Shown: positions 27,945 to 36,980 of the stretch, one piece after another
Layout of the letters: each line of letters begins with the position of its first letter
How positions within the stretch are numbered: the stretch's first letter is position 1
NCBI GenBank assembly: GCA_027491435.1
Contig: JAOZFG010000012.1
Coordinates: forward strand, 1 to 54,773
Reading direction: 5' to 3'
DNA length: 54,773 nucleotides
Origin: Thermoproteota archaeon
GTDB taxonomy: Archaea; Korarchaeota; Korarchaeia; Korarchaeales; Korarchaeaceae
Notes under the pieces: model-generated
Databases searched by the model: none
The model's input: only the letters and a program-made list of their open reading frames with translations
Told to the model about the DNA's origin: nothing
Position numbers and translations under genes: made by a program

Positions 27945-28895
27945 TCACCTCCAGAGGTAACAGGCCACCCAGTGGCCCTTCTCAACCTCTTTAAGCTCGG
28001 GCACCTCCTTATCGCAGGGTTCAAACCTGTAGGGACACCTGGGGTGGAACCTGCAGCCTGGGGGCGGGTTCCTGAGGTCCGGCACCGTGCCGGGGATTGG
28101 CTTCACCTCCCCTCCACTAACCCTGGGGACGCTGGCCAGCAGCCCCTTGGTGTAGGGGTGCAGGGGGTTTGAGAAGAGCTCCCCCTTGCTGGCCACCTCC
28201 ATGACCTTGCCCGCATACATTACAGCTATCCTATCACCTACTGAGGCCGCCACCCCCAGGTTATGGGTTATGAAGATGAAGGAGGCCTTGACCTGCTCCT
28301 TGAGCTCGTATATCAGCCTTATTATCTGGGCCTGGACGCTAACGTCAAGGGCTGAGGTGGGCTCGTCCATTATCACGAGGTCTGGCTCGTTAATTAGGGA
28401 GGCGGCTATCAAGACCCTCTGCCTCATCCCCCCGCTCAGCTCATGGGGGTAGCTGTTCAAGACCTTCTCGGGCGCTGGGACCTTGACCTTTCTTAGCATT
28501 TCAAGGGCCCTCTCCTCAGCTTCCCTCTCACTCCCCCCTTTGTGAGTTAGGTAAACGTCCTTAAGGAACCTGCCGACCGTGAAAACCGGGTTCAACGCCG
28601 TCAAGGGCTCCTGAAAGACCACAGTTATCCTGTCCCCTCTTAATTTCCTCATTTCCTCCTCGCTCAGGGAAAGGAGGTTCTGTCCCCTGAAAATTATGCT
28701 GCCGCTTACCCTCGCCCTCCTTGGAAGCAGGCCCAGCACCGCCAAGGCAAGGGTGCTCTTGCCGCTTCCTGACTCTCCGACCAGGGAGAGGGTTTCCCCA
28801 GGCCTCACCTCCAAGCTCACACCTTGAAGGGCGTGAACTATTCCCTCTTCAGTGTAGTAGTCCACCGCTAGCCCCTTAACCTCCAGCAAGTTCAC
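27945..28895 (-). CDS. dppD: Peptide ABC ATPase with C-terminal oligo_HPY domain
   Basis: [33 protein letters not shown] and CRFHPRC; GTG 28895 overlaps the dppC stop. Confidence 0.93.
   Translation of the reverse strand: MNLLEVKGLAVDYYTEEGIVHALQGVSLEVRPGETLSLVGESGSGKSTLALAVLGLLPRRARVSGSIIFRGQNLLSLSEEEMRKLRGDRITVVFQEPLTALNPVFTVGRFLKDVYLTHKGGSEREAEERALEMLRKVKVPAPEKVLNSYPHELSGGMRQRVLIAASLINEPDLVIMDEPTSALDVSVQAQIIRLIYELKEQVKASFIFITHNLGVAASVGDRIAVMYAGKVMEVASKGELFSNPLHPYTKGLLASVPRVSGGEVKPIPGTVPDLRNPPPGCRFHPRCPYRFEPCDKEVPELKEVEKGHWVACYLWR
27960..28074. repeat. 115-bp perfect direct repeat, copy 2
   Basis: Identical to 27005-27119. Confidence 0.95.
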
Positions 28896-29725
28896 ACCTC
28901 CACCTTCGGGTTTAGGACGTCGTTCAGCCCGTCGCCGAACAGGTTGAAACCAAGGACCGTGACGAAGAGGGCCACCCCGGGGAAGACCCAAACGTGAGGC
29001 GCTGTGACCAGGTAGGTCCTGGCGTCGCTCATCATCTGCCCCCACTCCGGCGTCGGCGGTTGTACGCCAAGGCCTAGAAAGCTTAGACCTGCTGCTGTGA
29101 GTATGGAGGCCGCCGTCCTTAAGGTGGCGTGTATTATCACGGGAGCTAAGGCGTTGGGCATCAGGTACCTGAAGAACACGTTGAAGCTGCTCTCCCCTAT
29201 CGCCCTAGCAGCCTCCACGTACTCCATCTCCTTGACCTGTAGGGCTGACCCCCTCATTATCCTGACGAACTGCGGGAAGTTGTAGAGGGCCACCGCCAGT
29301 ATGACGTTCTCTAGGCCGGGGCCCACCACAGCAGCTACGAAGAGGGCTAAGAGGATGTCGGGGAACGCCAGCATTATGTCTATGACCCTGGTTATAAGCT
29401 CGTCTACCCATCCTCCCAAGTAGGCTGAAAGGCCTCCCACCACGACCCCGGCTACTACAGCCAGGAGGACGCTGGCCGTGGCCACTATGAGAGAAGTTCT
29501 AGCCCCCCAGATAACCCTGCTGAGTATGTCCCTGCCCAGCTGATCAGTGCCGAAGGGGTGCTCCGGGCTCGGCGGCAATAAGCTGTCCCTGAGCTCCCCC
29601 TTAGTCGGGTCGTAAGGAGATATAAAAGGGGCCAGGATCCCTATGAGGGCGAAGGCCAGGACTATGAGGCCGCCCACCTTCACGTTCCTGTTCCTTAAAG
29701 CCCTCCTGACTAGCCTGCTCTCCAT
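28892..29725 (-). CDS. dppC: Peptide ABC permease
   Basis: HPFGTD.LGRD..SR...GAR.SL, YVEAARA.G and LSFLGLG..PP.PEWG. Confidence 0.95.
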   Translation of the reverse strand: MESRLVRRALRNRNVKVGGLIVLAFALIGILAPFISPYDPTKGELRDSLLPPSPEHPFGTDQLGRDILSRVIWGARTSLIVATASVLLAVVAGVVVGGLSAYLGGWVDELITRVIDIMLAFPDILLALFVAAVVGPGLENVILAVALYNFPQFVRIMRGSALQVKEMEYVEAARAIGESSFNVFFRYLMPNALAPVIIHATLRTAASILTAAGLSFLGLGVQPPTPEWGQMMSDARTYLVTAPHVWVFPGVALFVTVLGFNLFGDGLNDVLNPKVEV

Positions 29726-29733
29726 CCCATCAC

Positions 29734-30660
29734 CTACTCAAGCCTTATCCTCGGGTTTATCAAGGCGTAGAGTATGTCGACAGCCGTGTTTATCATCACG
29801 AAAGTTATGGACACCACTAGAATTCCTGCTTGGACCACCGGATAGTCTCTAGCGAATATGGCGTTGACTATAAGCCTTCCAAGCCCTGGGTAACTGAAAA
29901 CGGTCTCCGTCAGTACGGCCCCGGCCATCATGTAACCGAATATGAGCCCCGCCACCGTGACAACAGGTATTAGGGCGTTCCTCAGGGCGTAAACGTATAT
30001 GACCTTCCTGCGAGGGAGCCCGTAGGCCTTAGCAGTCCTTATGTAGTCCTCGGACAGCACCTCCAGCATGCTAGCCCTGGTGGCCCTTCCCACGTAGGCA
30101 GCCCCTATGAGGCCTAAGGTCAGGGAGGGTAATACCAAGTGTCTGATAGAGCCGCTCCCCCCGCTGGGAAAGAGCCTGAGCCAGACTGAGAAAACCTCTA
30201 TCAGTATGAGTCCCAACCAGAAGACGGGCATGGACAGGCCCATTAAAGAGAGGGAGGTGACCGCCTGATCCCTCGGGGTGTTGGGCTTTAATGCAGCGTA
30301 TATCCCCATTAGAACGCCTGCCACGATTCCGAAGGTCATAGCCAGCACTGATAGGGTAAGTGTGTTCAGGTAAGCAGGCCATAGCAGCTCACTTACCCTG
30401 TGACCGGTGAAGAGTGACTCCCCGAACTCCCCCCTGAGGGCCCTGCCCATGAAGATCAGGTACTGCTCCCATAGGGGCCTGTCCAGCCCGAGCCTCCTCC
30501 TTATTATCTCCACTTCCTCCATGGTTGCCTCAGGTGGGGCCAGCAGCTGTGCCGGATCGCCTGGAAGCATGTGTATCATCAGGAAGACTATGACGCTAAC
30601 CCCCAGTATGGTGGGTATGGAGAGAAGCAGCCTCCTCAGCACGTACCTACCCAGGGACAT
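29734..30660 (-). CDS. dppB: Peptide ABC permease
   Basis: PGDPA, GLDRPL..QY, DYIRTAKA.GL, NALIP, ETVF..PGLG and RDYPVVQ. Confidence 0.95.
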   Translation of the reverse strand: MSLGRYVLRRLLLSIPTILGVSVIVFLMIHMLPGDPAQLLAPPEATMEEVEIIRRRLGLDRPLWEQYLIFMGRALRGEFGESLFTGHRVSELLWPAYLNTLTLSVLAMTFGIVAGVLMGIYAALKPNTPRDQAVTSLSLMGLSMPVFWLGLILIEVFSVWLRLFPSGGSGSIRHLVLPSLTLGLIGAAYVGRATRASMLEVLSEDYIRTAKAYGLPRRKVIYVYALRNALIPVVTVAGLIFGYMMAGAVLTETVFSYPGLGRLIVNAIFARDYPVVQAGILVVSITFVMINTAVDILYALINPRIRLE

Positions 30661-30689
30661 CTTCACCCCTCAAAAAATGGGGGAAGGGC

Positions 30690-32285
30690 CTAGCCCTCGA
30701 AGTAGGCGTACTTAGTCAGTATGACCTCTGTGGGTATGTAGTAGAGGCCCCTTATCCCCTTCCTGTAGACCACCACGTCCCCTGGGTTGTATATCGGGAT
30801 GGCCGGGAGGTCGTCAAGCAGTATCTCCTGTATCTTCTTGGTGTACTCGACTATCTTATCCCTGGGAGCGTGCTCAGCCTGTTTTATCAGCTCGTCAACC
30901 TTCGGGTTCTCGTAGAACCAGAGGTTGAACTTGGGGATGCTCTCGCTGAGGAAGAGGGGCCTGAAAACCCCTATGTACTCGCCAGTGCTGGGAGCCCAGC
31001 CTATCAGGAAGAGGTCCCTCTCGGGGCTTGCCTCCTCAGGCTTCTTGAGGAGCTCAGCCACGTAGCTTCCCCACTCCCAGGTCCTGAGCTTGACCTTGAG
31101 GCCTATGGCCTCCAGGTATTGAGCTACAGCCTGAGCCGCTTCGTAGTCCCCTGGGTATCTGCCCTTGGGGGTCCAAAGGTTCACCTGAAGTCCCTCGGCT
31201 CCGGCCTCCTTTATCAGCTGCTTGGCCTTCTCAGGATCGTACCTTATCTTCCCGGTGTCGTAGAACCCTATCACCTCTTCAGCCAGCACGCTCTTGGCGA
31301 CCCTGCCCACCCCGTGAAGTATCTTCTCCACTATCGCCTCCCTATCTATGGCCAAGTTTATGGCCTGCCTGACCCTCTTGTCTTGGAGCCTGGGGCTCCT
31401 CATGTTACACCCTATGAAGACCACCCTTATCGTCCTGGTGACGTTCACGTTCAGATCCGGGTTTGCCTTGAGCCTGGCCACGTCTATAGCCGGGACCCTT
31501 ATGGCCACGTCGGCGTCCCCTGATTCAACCATCTGAACCCTTGCCTCGTCCTCCGGCACCACTAGGAACTTGATGCCCGCCAGCTTAGGCTTGCCTCCCC
31601 AGTAGTCCTCGTTGGGAATCAGCTCCACATAGGTGTTGGGCTTCCACTCCTTAAGCTTGTAGGGCCCGGTTCCCACAGGATTGTGCTTGAGGTCCACTCC
31701 CTCCTTTATGGCTTTGGGACTTATCATCATGCCTGCTGGGTGCGCCAGCAGGTTGAGGAAGGTGGCGACTGGCTTCTTAAGCACTATCCTGACCGTATAT
31801 TCGTCCACCACCTCTACCCTATCTATGAAAGGAACTAACCTGTTCCTGTTGGCCAGCTCCTTGTTGTTGAAGAGCCTGTCGAAGTTCGCCTTAACAGCCT
31901 CGGCGTTAAAAGGAGTTCCGTCCTGGAACTTAACGCCCTTCCTGAGGTAGAACGTGTAAGTGAGCCCGTCATCGCTCACCTCCCATCTCTCGGCCAAAAC
32001 CGGCTTGAGCCTAAGCTTATCATCGTACTCCACCAGCCCCTCGTAAATGTTGGATATAACGTAGATGCTGGGGTTGTCGGGGACGTCATGGGGGTCTAAG
32101 GTGACTATGTCAGTTCCCATGGCGACCCTGAGCACCTTACCTTCCTTTGGAGGAGATGTCTTCCTGACCTCTGTGGTCGTCTGAGCTGTTGTGGTTGGGG
32201 AGGATTCCATTTGTGGTGAGAGCAGGATTATCGCCCCTATGGCCAGGAGCACTATTACGGCTACAGCCGCCCACTTGAGTTGCAT
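30690..32285 (-). CDS. dppA: Peptide/nickel ABC substrate-binding protein (family 5)
   Basis: LDP, IYEGLV, LAE.W..S.DG.TYTF.LR.GVKF.DG.PFNA, PVGTGPY and VRQAI..AIDR. Confidence 0.93.
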   Translation of the reverse strand: MQLKWAAVAVIVLLAIGAIILLSPQMESSPTTTAQTTTEVRKTSPPKEGKVLRVAMGTDIVTLDPHDVPDNPSIYVISNIYEGLVEYDDKLRLKPVLAERWEVSDDGLTYTFYLRKGVKFQDGTPFNAEAVKANFDRLFNNKELANRNRLVPFIDRVEVVDEYTVRIVLKKPVATFLNLLAHPAGMMISPKAIKEGVDLKHNPVGTGPYKLKEWKPNTYVELIPNEDYWGGKPKLAGIKFLVVPEDEARVQMVESGDADVAIRVPAIDVARLKANPDLNVNVTRTIRVVFIGCNMRSPRLQDKRVRQAINLAIDREAIVEKILHGVGRVAKSVLAEEVIGFYDTGKIRYDPEKAKQLIKEAGAEGLQVNLWTPKGRYPGDYEAAQAVAQYLEAIGLKVKLRTWEWGSYVAELLKKPEEASPERDLFLIGWAPSTGEYIGVFRPLFLSESIPKFNLWFYENPKVDELIKQAEHAPRDKIVEYTKKIQEILLDDLPAIPIYNPGDVVVYRKGIRGLYYIPTEVILTKYAYFEG

Positions 32286-32314
32286 AAGCTAGCCTTCACG
32301 ATGCGCATATAAAA

Positions 32315-32378
32315 GTTGGGAATTTTTTATTCCTAACGTAATTTTCACAATAATTTTTGATGAGAGTGAGTTAGGAAT
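32315..32378. promoter_or_regulatory. Candidate operator upstream of the dppA promoter
   Basis: GTTGGGAAT-N5-ATTCCTAAC inverted repeat abutting the minus-strand TTTTATA (32308-32314); third half-site GTTAGGAAT at 32370-32378. Confidence 0.55.
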
Positions 32379-32453
32379 GCTGGCTTAGAGGTTAGTAACC
32401 CTTCGAGAAAAGCTATTGTTTAAGATGAGGAGGAGAACTAAAAAAGCGGAAGG

Positions 32454-33854
32454 TTATGGGTCAGGGATCTCCTTGTAGAGCCTCTCGTACCTCTCTGTGG
32501 CCGCTTTCCTCCATATGCTCTGCATCTTGCTGGCGAACTCCGTGTCCTCCAGGAGCTTGTTGTTTATGGACTTGGCGTACTCCAAGGTGAAGGTGTAGGT
32601 CTTGCCGTCCATCTCCCAGGTTAAAGGCTTGCCCAGCTCATGGGAGAACTTATCGAACTCCTCCTTGGTTATCTTGCCCTTCTTGTAGGCGTTCACCAGC
32701 TTCTGCCAAGCCTTAACCAGGGAGTCGTGGGGGTCGCAGTAAACTGAGTCGAAGTAGTACTTCAGGGAGAAGAGTATCTCGGTGGCCAGCTTCTCGTCGA
32801 AGGGTATGCCTATGTTGTTGACCGTGGCCTTGTAGGCCTCGTAGAGGTCAGGCCTCGCCTTGCCCTCCGGCGTGTTGAACACGTCCTCCCTGACTGGCAT
32901 CCTGTTCACCCTTTTGTCAAGCCAGATCTTCTGTCCCTCCACCGAGAGAACCCACCTTATGAACGCTTGGGCCGCCTCCTTGTGTTTCGAGGTCTTCAAG
33001 AGGGCTATTGGGTCCCCGTTAACTATAGACTCGTTGTAGGGGAGCACGTACTTCACCCCGGGGAATTCTATCTGAGCTCCGTAACCGTAGAAGTCTATCA
33101 TTATGCCTATGGGGACTTCCCCTGTCTCAACAGCGGTTAGAGCCTCTACCGAACCGCCATACGGCCTTCCGTTGGCTGCCATCCTAGCCAAGAGCTCCCA
33201 GCCCTTCTCCCAGCCGAACTTCTGGATGATTATCTGGTATATCCTGGTGTGAGAGGTTGAAGTCAGGGCCCTGGCGTAGGAGATCGCTGGCTTCGGAAGT
33301 ATCTTAGCCAGCTCGGGGCTGGCCAGGTCCTCCCAGTACTTTGGCTCGGGTAATCCGTACTTCTTGAGGAGAGGCTCGTTCACCGAAAAGCCGAACGATG
33401 AGATGGCAGCTGCCACCCACATCAGCTTCCCGTCCTCGTAATGCTTTATCTCAGCCCCCCCTATCTCGTCTGGGAGCTCTTTCACCACTTTAAGGGTTTC
33501 CGGGTCAGTTATAGGCTCTATCAGGCCCTCCCTAATGAGCTGATTGAACAGGGCTGGCCCTCCTCCCCAGGCAACGTCACACTCCTGCTTCCTTATTGTG
33601 TCACGCCACAGGGCGACGTGAGGGCTGAAGAACCTTATGTCCGAGATGTTGTACTTCTTAGCCAGGTCCGTCTTCAGGAACCTCTCAGCGGTGAGCAATT
33701 GGATCTCGCTGGCGTGTCTGGTGATGACCTTGAGAACTATACCCCTCTTCTTGGGGGTGGTCGTCACCTGCTGTGGCTGTTTAGGCATCAAGAGAAGGGC
33801 TACAACTGCTATAGCTAGCGCTACTATGATAAGGGCTAGGACCTTAATGTTCAT
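32454..33854 (-). CDS. ABC substrate-binding protein, AfuA/FbpA-like (COG1840)
   Basis: ITRH, DVAWGGG, P..WEDL, GWEKGW, IDFYG, DPIALL, A.AFI.WVLS.EGQ and NRMP. Confidence 0.85.
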   Translation of the reverse strand: MNIKVLALIIVALAIAVVALLLMPKQPQQVTTTPKKRGIVLKVITRHASEIQLLTAERFLKTDLAKKYNISDIRFFSPHVALWRDTIRKQECDVAWGGGPALFNQLIREGLIEPITDPETLKVVKELPDEIGGAEIKHYEDGKLMWVAAAISSFGFSVNEPLLKKYGLPEPKYWEDLASPELAKILPKPAISYARALTSTSHTRIYQIIIQKFGWEKGWELLARMAANGRPYGGSVEALTAVETGEVPIGIMIDFYGYGAQIEFPGVKYVLPYNESIVNGDPIALLKTSKHKEAAQAFIRWVLSVEGQKIWLDKRVNRMPVREDVFNTPEGKARPDLYEAYKATVNNIGIPFDEKLATEILFSLKYYFDSVYCDPHDSLVKAWQKLVNAYKKGKITKEEFDKFSHELGKPLTWEMDGKTYTFTLEYAKSINNKLLEDTEFASKMQSIWRKAATERYERLYKEIPDP

Positions 33855-33885
33855 AGCAACACCTCAAAAAGAGAGGTGGAGGGGT

Positions 33886-34905
33886 TCATTTCTTCTTCTT
33901 GAGGAAGAAGTAGGCCAAGGCCAGCACTATAACTATAATTACAGCAATTCCAGCCAGCCACTCCATCGGGAGGCCGGCTGACTCGACGGTGGTGCCCCAG
34001 GCGAAGGCGTTCTTCACGAAGGTAGGCCCGTTCAGCTTGACCCCGTGGTACTCGGTCAAGAATATGTTCCTGTCCCCGTAAAGTGACTCTGCAGTCACTA
34101 TAACTTTGCTGTACGAGCTGCCTACTGGTATCTTCTCAGCCGCTGCCTCCACGAAGGAGCCTGTGTCTCCCACTTTGTAGGCCTTGGGATCGACCCCGTC
34201 GTGGCTGACGACCTTCCCCTTGTCACTGCTCCTGTAGAGCCACTGGCAGTTATCGGAGACAACCTCGTCGAAGGGCACGAACTTCCCGTCCTTGTATCCA
34301 GCTAACAAGGCAGGGCCGTGGAACAGGACCTTAGGAGCCCCCTTGGTTATCTCGCCGGCCCATCCCTGGGTGTTGGCCTTGTAGCTTATCACCCTGTATC
34401 CAGCTCCGGCGTTGGATTCTGGGTCCTCCAGGCTGGCGTACTCAACCCTTATGCTGGATCCAATTTTTTCCAGTATCTTGTTAGGCTCCCCGGCCTTAAA
34501 CGAGGTGTCCTTGGGGTTCAGGTAAGGCTCCACGTAATCCGAGTCAGCCCCGATCCAGAGGAACTTCCCGCCCTGCTTGAACCAGTTGGCTATGGCCTCA
34601 ACCTCCTCCGGAGAGAAAACGCTCTTGTAGTCCTTCATCTTGCCTATTACGAGGACGTCGACTCCTTTCAGGGTGTCTGGAGTTATCTTGGTCAGCTCCT
34701 TTACCTCATACCCCCACGCAGTTAGGTTGGCCTCTAGGCTCTTCAGGACAGCCTGCCACTTCTTGCTGTCGATGTCCTTCACCCTGCCAGGCGTTAGGTC
34801 AAAGGCTACGACCTTTTTCTTCTGAGCGGACACGGGTAAGGTGCTAAAAACTCCGATGGCAAGGGTTAGGACCAGAAGTAGGGAAAGTAATGCGACCCTC
34901 TTCAT
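33886..34905 (-). CDS. Secreted, C-terminally anchored protein with GATase-like/DUF4350-like domain
   Basis: Signal peptide; L.GVDVLVI..F...EVEAI..WF..GGK.LWI.ADSD; C-terminal TM followed by KKKK. Confidence 0.65.
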   Translation of the reverse strand: MKRVALLSLLLVLTLAIGVFSTLPVSAQKKKVVAFDLTPGRVKDIDSKKWQAVLKSLEANLTAWGYEVKELTKITPDTLKGVDVLVIGKMKDYKSVFSPEEVEAIANWFKQGGKFLWIGADSDYVEPYLNPKDTSFKAGEPNKILEKIGSSIRVEYASLEDPESNAGAGYRVISYKANTQGWAGEITKGAPKVLFHGPALLAGYKDGKFVPFDEVVSDNCQWLYRSSDKGKVVSHDGVDPKAYKVGDTGSFVEAAAEKIPVGSSYSKVIVTAESLYGDRNIFLTEYHGVKLNGPTFVKNAFAWGTTVESAGLPMEWLAGIAVIIVIVLALAYFFLKKKK

Positions 34906-35137
34906 GGTACCACTATGCCTTACATCAAGTGAACTAAATAAATTGTGCCACTGCCGTTGCAGCTGTCATATAAAGAGGGTTAACTGACGACGTGAAATAG
35001 GCCAGCAAACCTGCTGCTTCGGTAAAAACACATAAATATTTTCCGGAAAACTAGGATCGGCTCCATAACTAAAATATTTGAACTCAAGGAGATTGGGCGG
35101 CGCCAAGGGTTATAACTGGACTTTCCTCTTAACTCAT

Positions 35138-36133
35138 GTGAGGGTGGGTAAGGCAGATCTGCCCCTTCACAGCGGCAAGGCCCCCAGGTGGCTCTTCGTT
35201 AGGATGAAGAGGCTCGCCAAGGTGATAGTTAGGAGAGCGGTAGAGGAGCACGGGAAGAGGGGCTTTCTTGAGAGGGTCTCCGACCCAATATGGTTCCAGT
35301 CCCTGGGCTCCTTATTGGGCTACGACTGGCACTCCTCAGGGGTTACTACAGTTCTGACTGCCGTCTTAAGGGAGGTTACAGGCGAAGTCGGGGTTTACGT
35401 TGTGGGCGGAAAGGGGAAGGCCTCCAGGAGCGTTCCCCAGCAACTGGCCGAGCTGGAGGTCCCCAAGGTTGAGGAGCTGGTGAAGGCCAGCAGGTTGGCT
35501 GCCAAGGTGGACAACTCGGCGCTCCAGGACGGCTACCAGCTCTATCATCACGCCATGTTCGTGACCGAGGACGGGGATTGGGCCATAGTTCAGCAGGGGA
35601 TGAACGTGCAGGTCAAGTCGGCCAGGCGCTACCACTGGCTCAGCTTCGCCTTTGAGAGCTTTGTTGTGGAGCCCCACACGGGGATAATAAGCGGGAAGAC
35701 GGGCAAGGTGTTGAACCTAGTAGCTAGAGAGAGCGAGGGCGTGAGAAGGGCGTCAGTCGACCTGGTGAAGGAGGGCGTTCCCAGGCTCCAGAGAATGTAT
35801 AGGGAGCTCAAAATGCCCTGGAGAATAGATTGGGAGGCCGTTAAGAGGGCCTACGAGCTGGACCCTGAGAACTACGAGGAGCTACTAATGGTTAGAGGGA
35901 TAGGGGGTAAGGCCTTGAGGGCCTTGGCCCTGATCGCTGAAGTGGTCTACGGGGAGAGGGCCAGCGTCAAGGACCCGGCCAAGTACTCCTTCGCCTTCGG
36001 AGGGAAGGACGGGGTCCCCTACCCGGTAGACCTCAAGCTAATGGACGAGGTGACCTCCTACCTAGAGGGGGTTGACCTGGAGAGGTTCCTCATTCCTGCT
36101 GGGAGACGGTCAGGTAGATCCCCAACAAGGTAA
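35138..36133 (+). CDS. DUF763 family protein
   Basis: ADLPLH.G.AP.WL..RM, DP.WFQ, DWHSSG.TT, AAKVD..ALQDGY.LYHH, VQQGMN and DP..YSFA.GGKDGVPYPV; TTATAA 28 bp before GTG. Confidence 0.92.
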   Translation: MRVGKADLPLHSGKAPRWLFVRMKRLAKVIVRRAVEEHGKRGFLERVSDPIWFQSLGSLLGYDWHSSGVTTVLTAVLREVTGEVGVYVVGGKGKASRSVPQQLAELEVPKVEELVKASRLAAKVDNSALQDGYQLYHHAMFVTEDGDWAIVQQGMNVQVKSARRYHWLSFAFESFVVEPHTGIISGKTGKVLNLVARESEGVRRASVDLVKEGVPRLQRMYRELKMPWRIDWEAVKRAYELDPENYEELLMVRGIGGKALRALALIAEVVYGERASVKDPAKYSFAFGGKDGVPYPVDLKLMDEVTSYLEGVDLERFLIPAGRRSGRSPTR

Positions 36134-36962
36134 TGGCCCCTCCCACCACAGTGCTAAGCTTTGGAAGCTCCCCCAGCACTAAAGCGGCCAGGATGCTTGC
36201 TCCAATAGGTTCTCCCAGTATGGAGACGCTCACTATAGATGTCTTGAGGTACTTGAGGGCGTAGTTGTAGGAGTTGTGCCCCAATCCGGTGGGGAATAGG
36301 GCTAAGGCCAGGAAGATGGCGTACTCCCTCAAGGGGTAGCCTGTCAGGCGCACGCCCCAGAGATGGGCTGTGGCAAGTAGGAGCAACCCCGAGAACCCGT
36401 AGACAAAGGTCGTGTAGGGGCCAAGGCCCAGCTTCCTCCTGAGCCTCCTACCGGCCACCAGGTAAATGGCTAGGCTCACAGACCCTATGAAGGCAAGGAA
36501 GTCCCCAAGAAGGTTAAGCTCAAGGGAAGAGTGCCCCAAAGCTATTATGAAGGCCCCTAGGAGGGCCATCGCTATTCCTACAAGCTCTCTGAGGTTGGTC
36601 CCCTCCTTAAGGAAGGCCCAAGATATGAGGACCACGAAGATGGGGGAGGAGTCCACTATAACCGTGCTGGCAGCGACCGACGTGTAGAAAAGGCTAGTGG
36701 TCCATGAGCCGAAGTGCAGGGCTAAGGCCACGCCCGATACCAGGAGGGTCCACAGCTCCCTGTTGCTCAGGCCCCTCAACTCTCCCAGAGATCTGAGGGA
36801 GAGGAGTCCCATAATAACAGAAGAGAAGACCATCCTGTAGCCGGCTATGACGAAAGGATGGCTTGAGGACAGCCTTATCAGTATGCTGGCCGTTGAAACG
36901 GCTGCAATTCCCAGCCCCAAAGCTAGCTTAGGGTTTATTGGTGCCTCCTCACTTCCCGACAT
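36090..36962 (-). CDS. EamA/DMT family transporter
   Basis: ~10 TM; LALHF..W..SL..TSVA, GD.LA, GH..YN.AL and EP.GAS. Confidence 0.92.
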   Translation of the reverse strand: MSGSEEAPINPKLALGLGIAAVSTASILIRLSSSHPFVIAGYRMVFSSVIMGLLSLRSLGELRGLSNRELWTLLVSGVALALHFGSWTTSLFYTSVAASTVIVDSSPIFVVLISWAFLKEGTNLRELVGIAMALLGAFIIALGHSSLELNLLGDFLAFIGSVSLAIYLVAGRRLRRKLGLGPYTTFVYGFSGLLLLATAHLWGVRLTGYPLREYAIFLALALFPTGLGHNSYNYALKYLKTSIVSVSILGEPIGASILAALVLGELPKLSTVVGGAITLLGIYLTVSQQE

Positions 36963-36980
36963 CGGTGGAAGCGACCTGGA

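Noticed and set aside
26929-28172. Track ORFs sharing the peptide [23 protein letters not shown], and the long N-terminal extension of dppF
   Set aside because: Off-frame readings of the 115-bp dppD/dppF repeat
30870-31523. Long antisense ORFs such as this 217-aa one, 27411-27908, 23835-24344 and 39844-40305
   Set aside because: Shadow frames of well-supported genes; no motifs or translation signals
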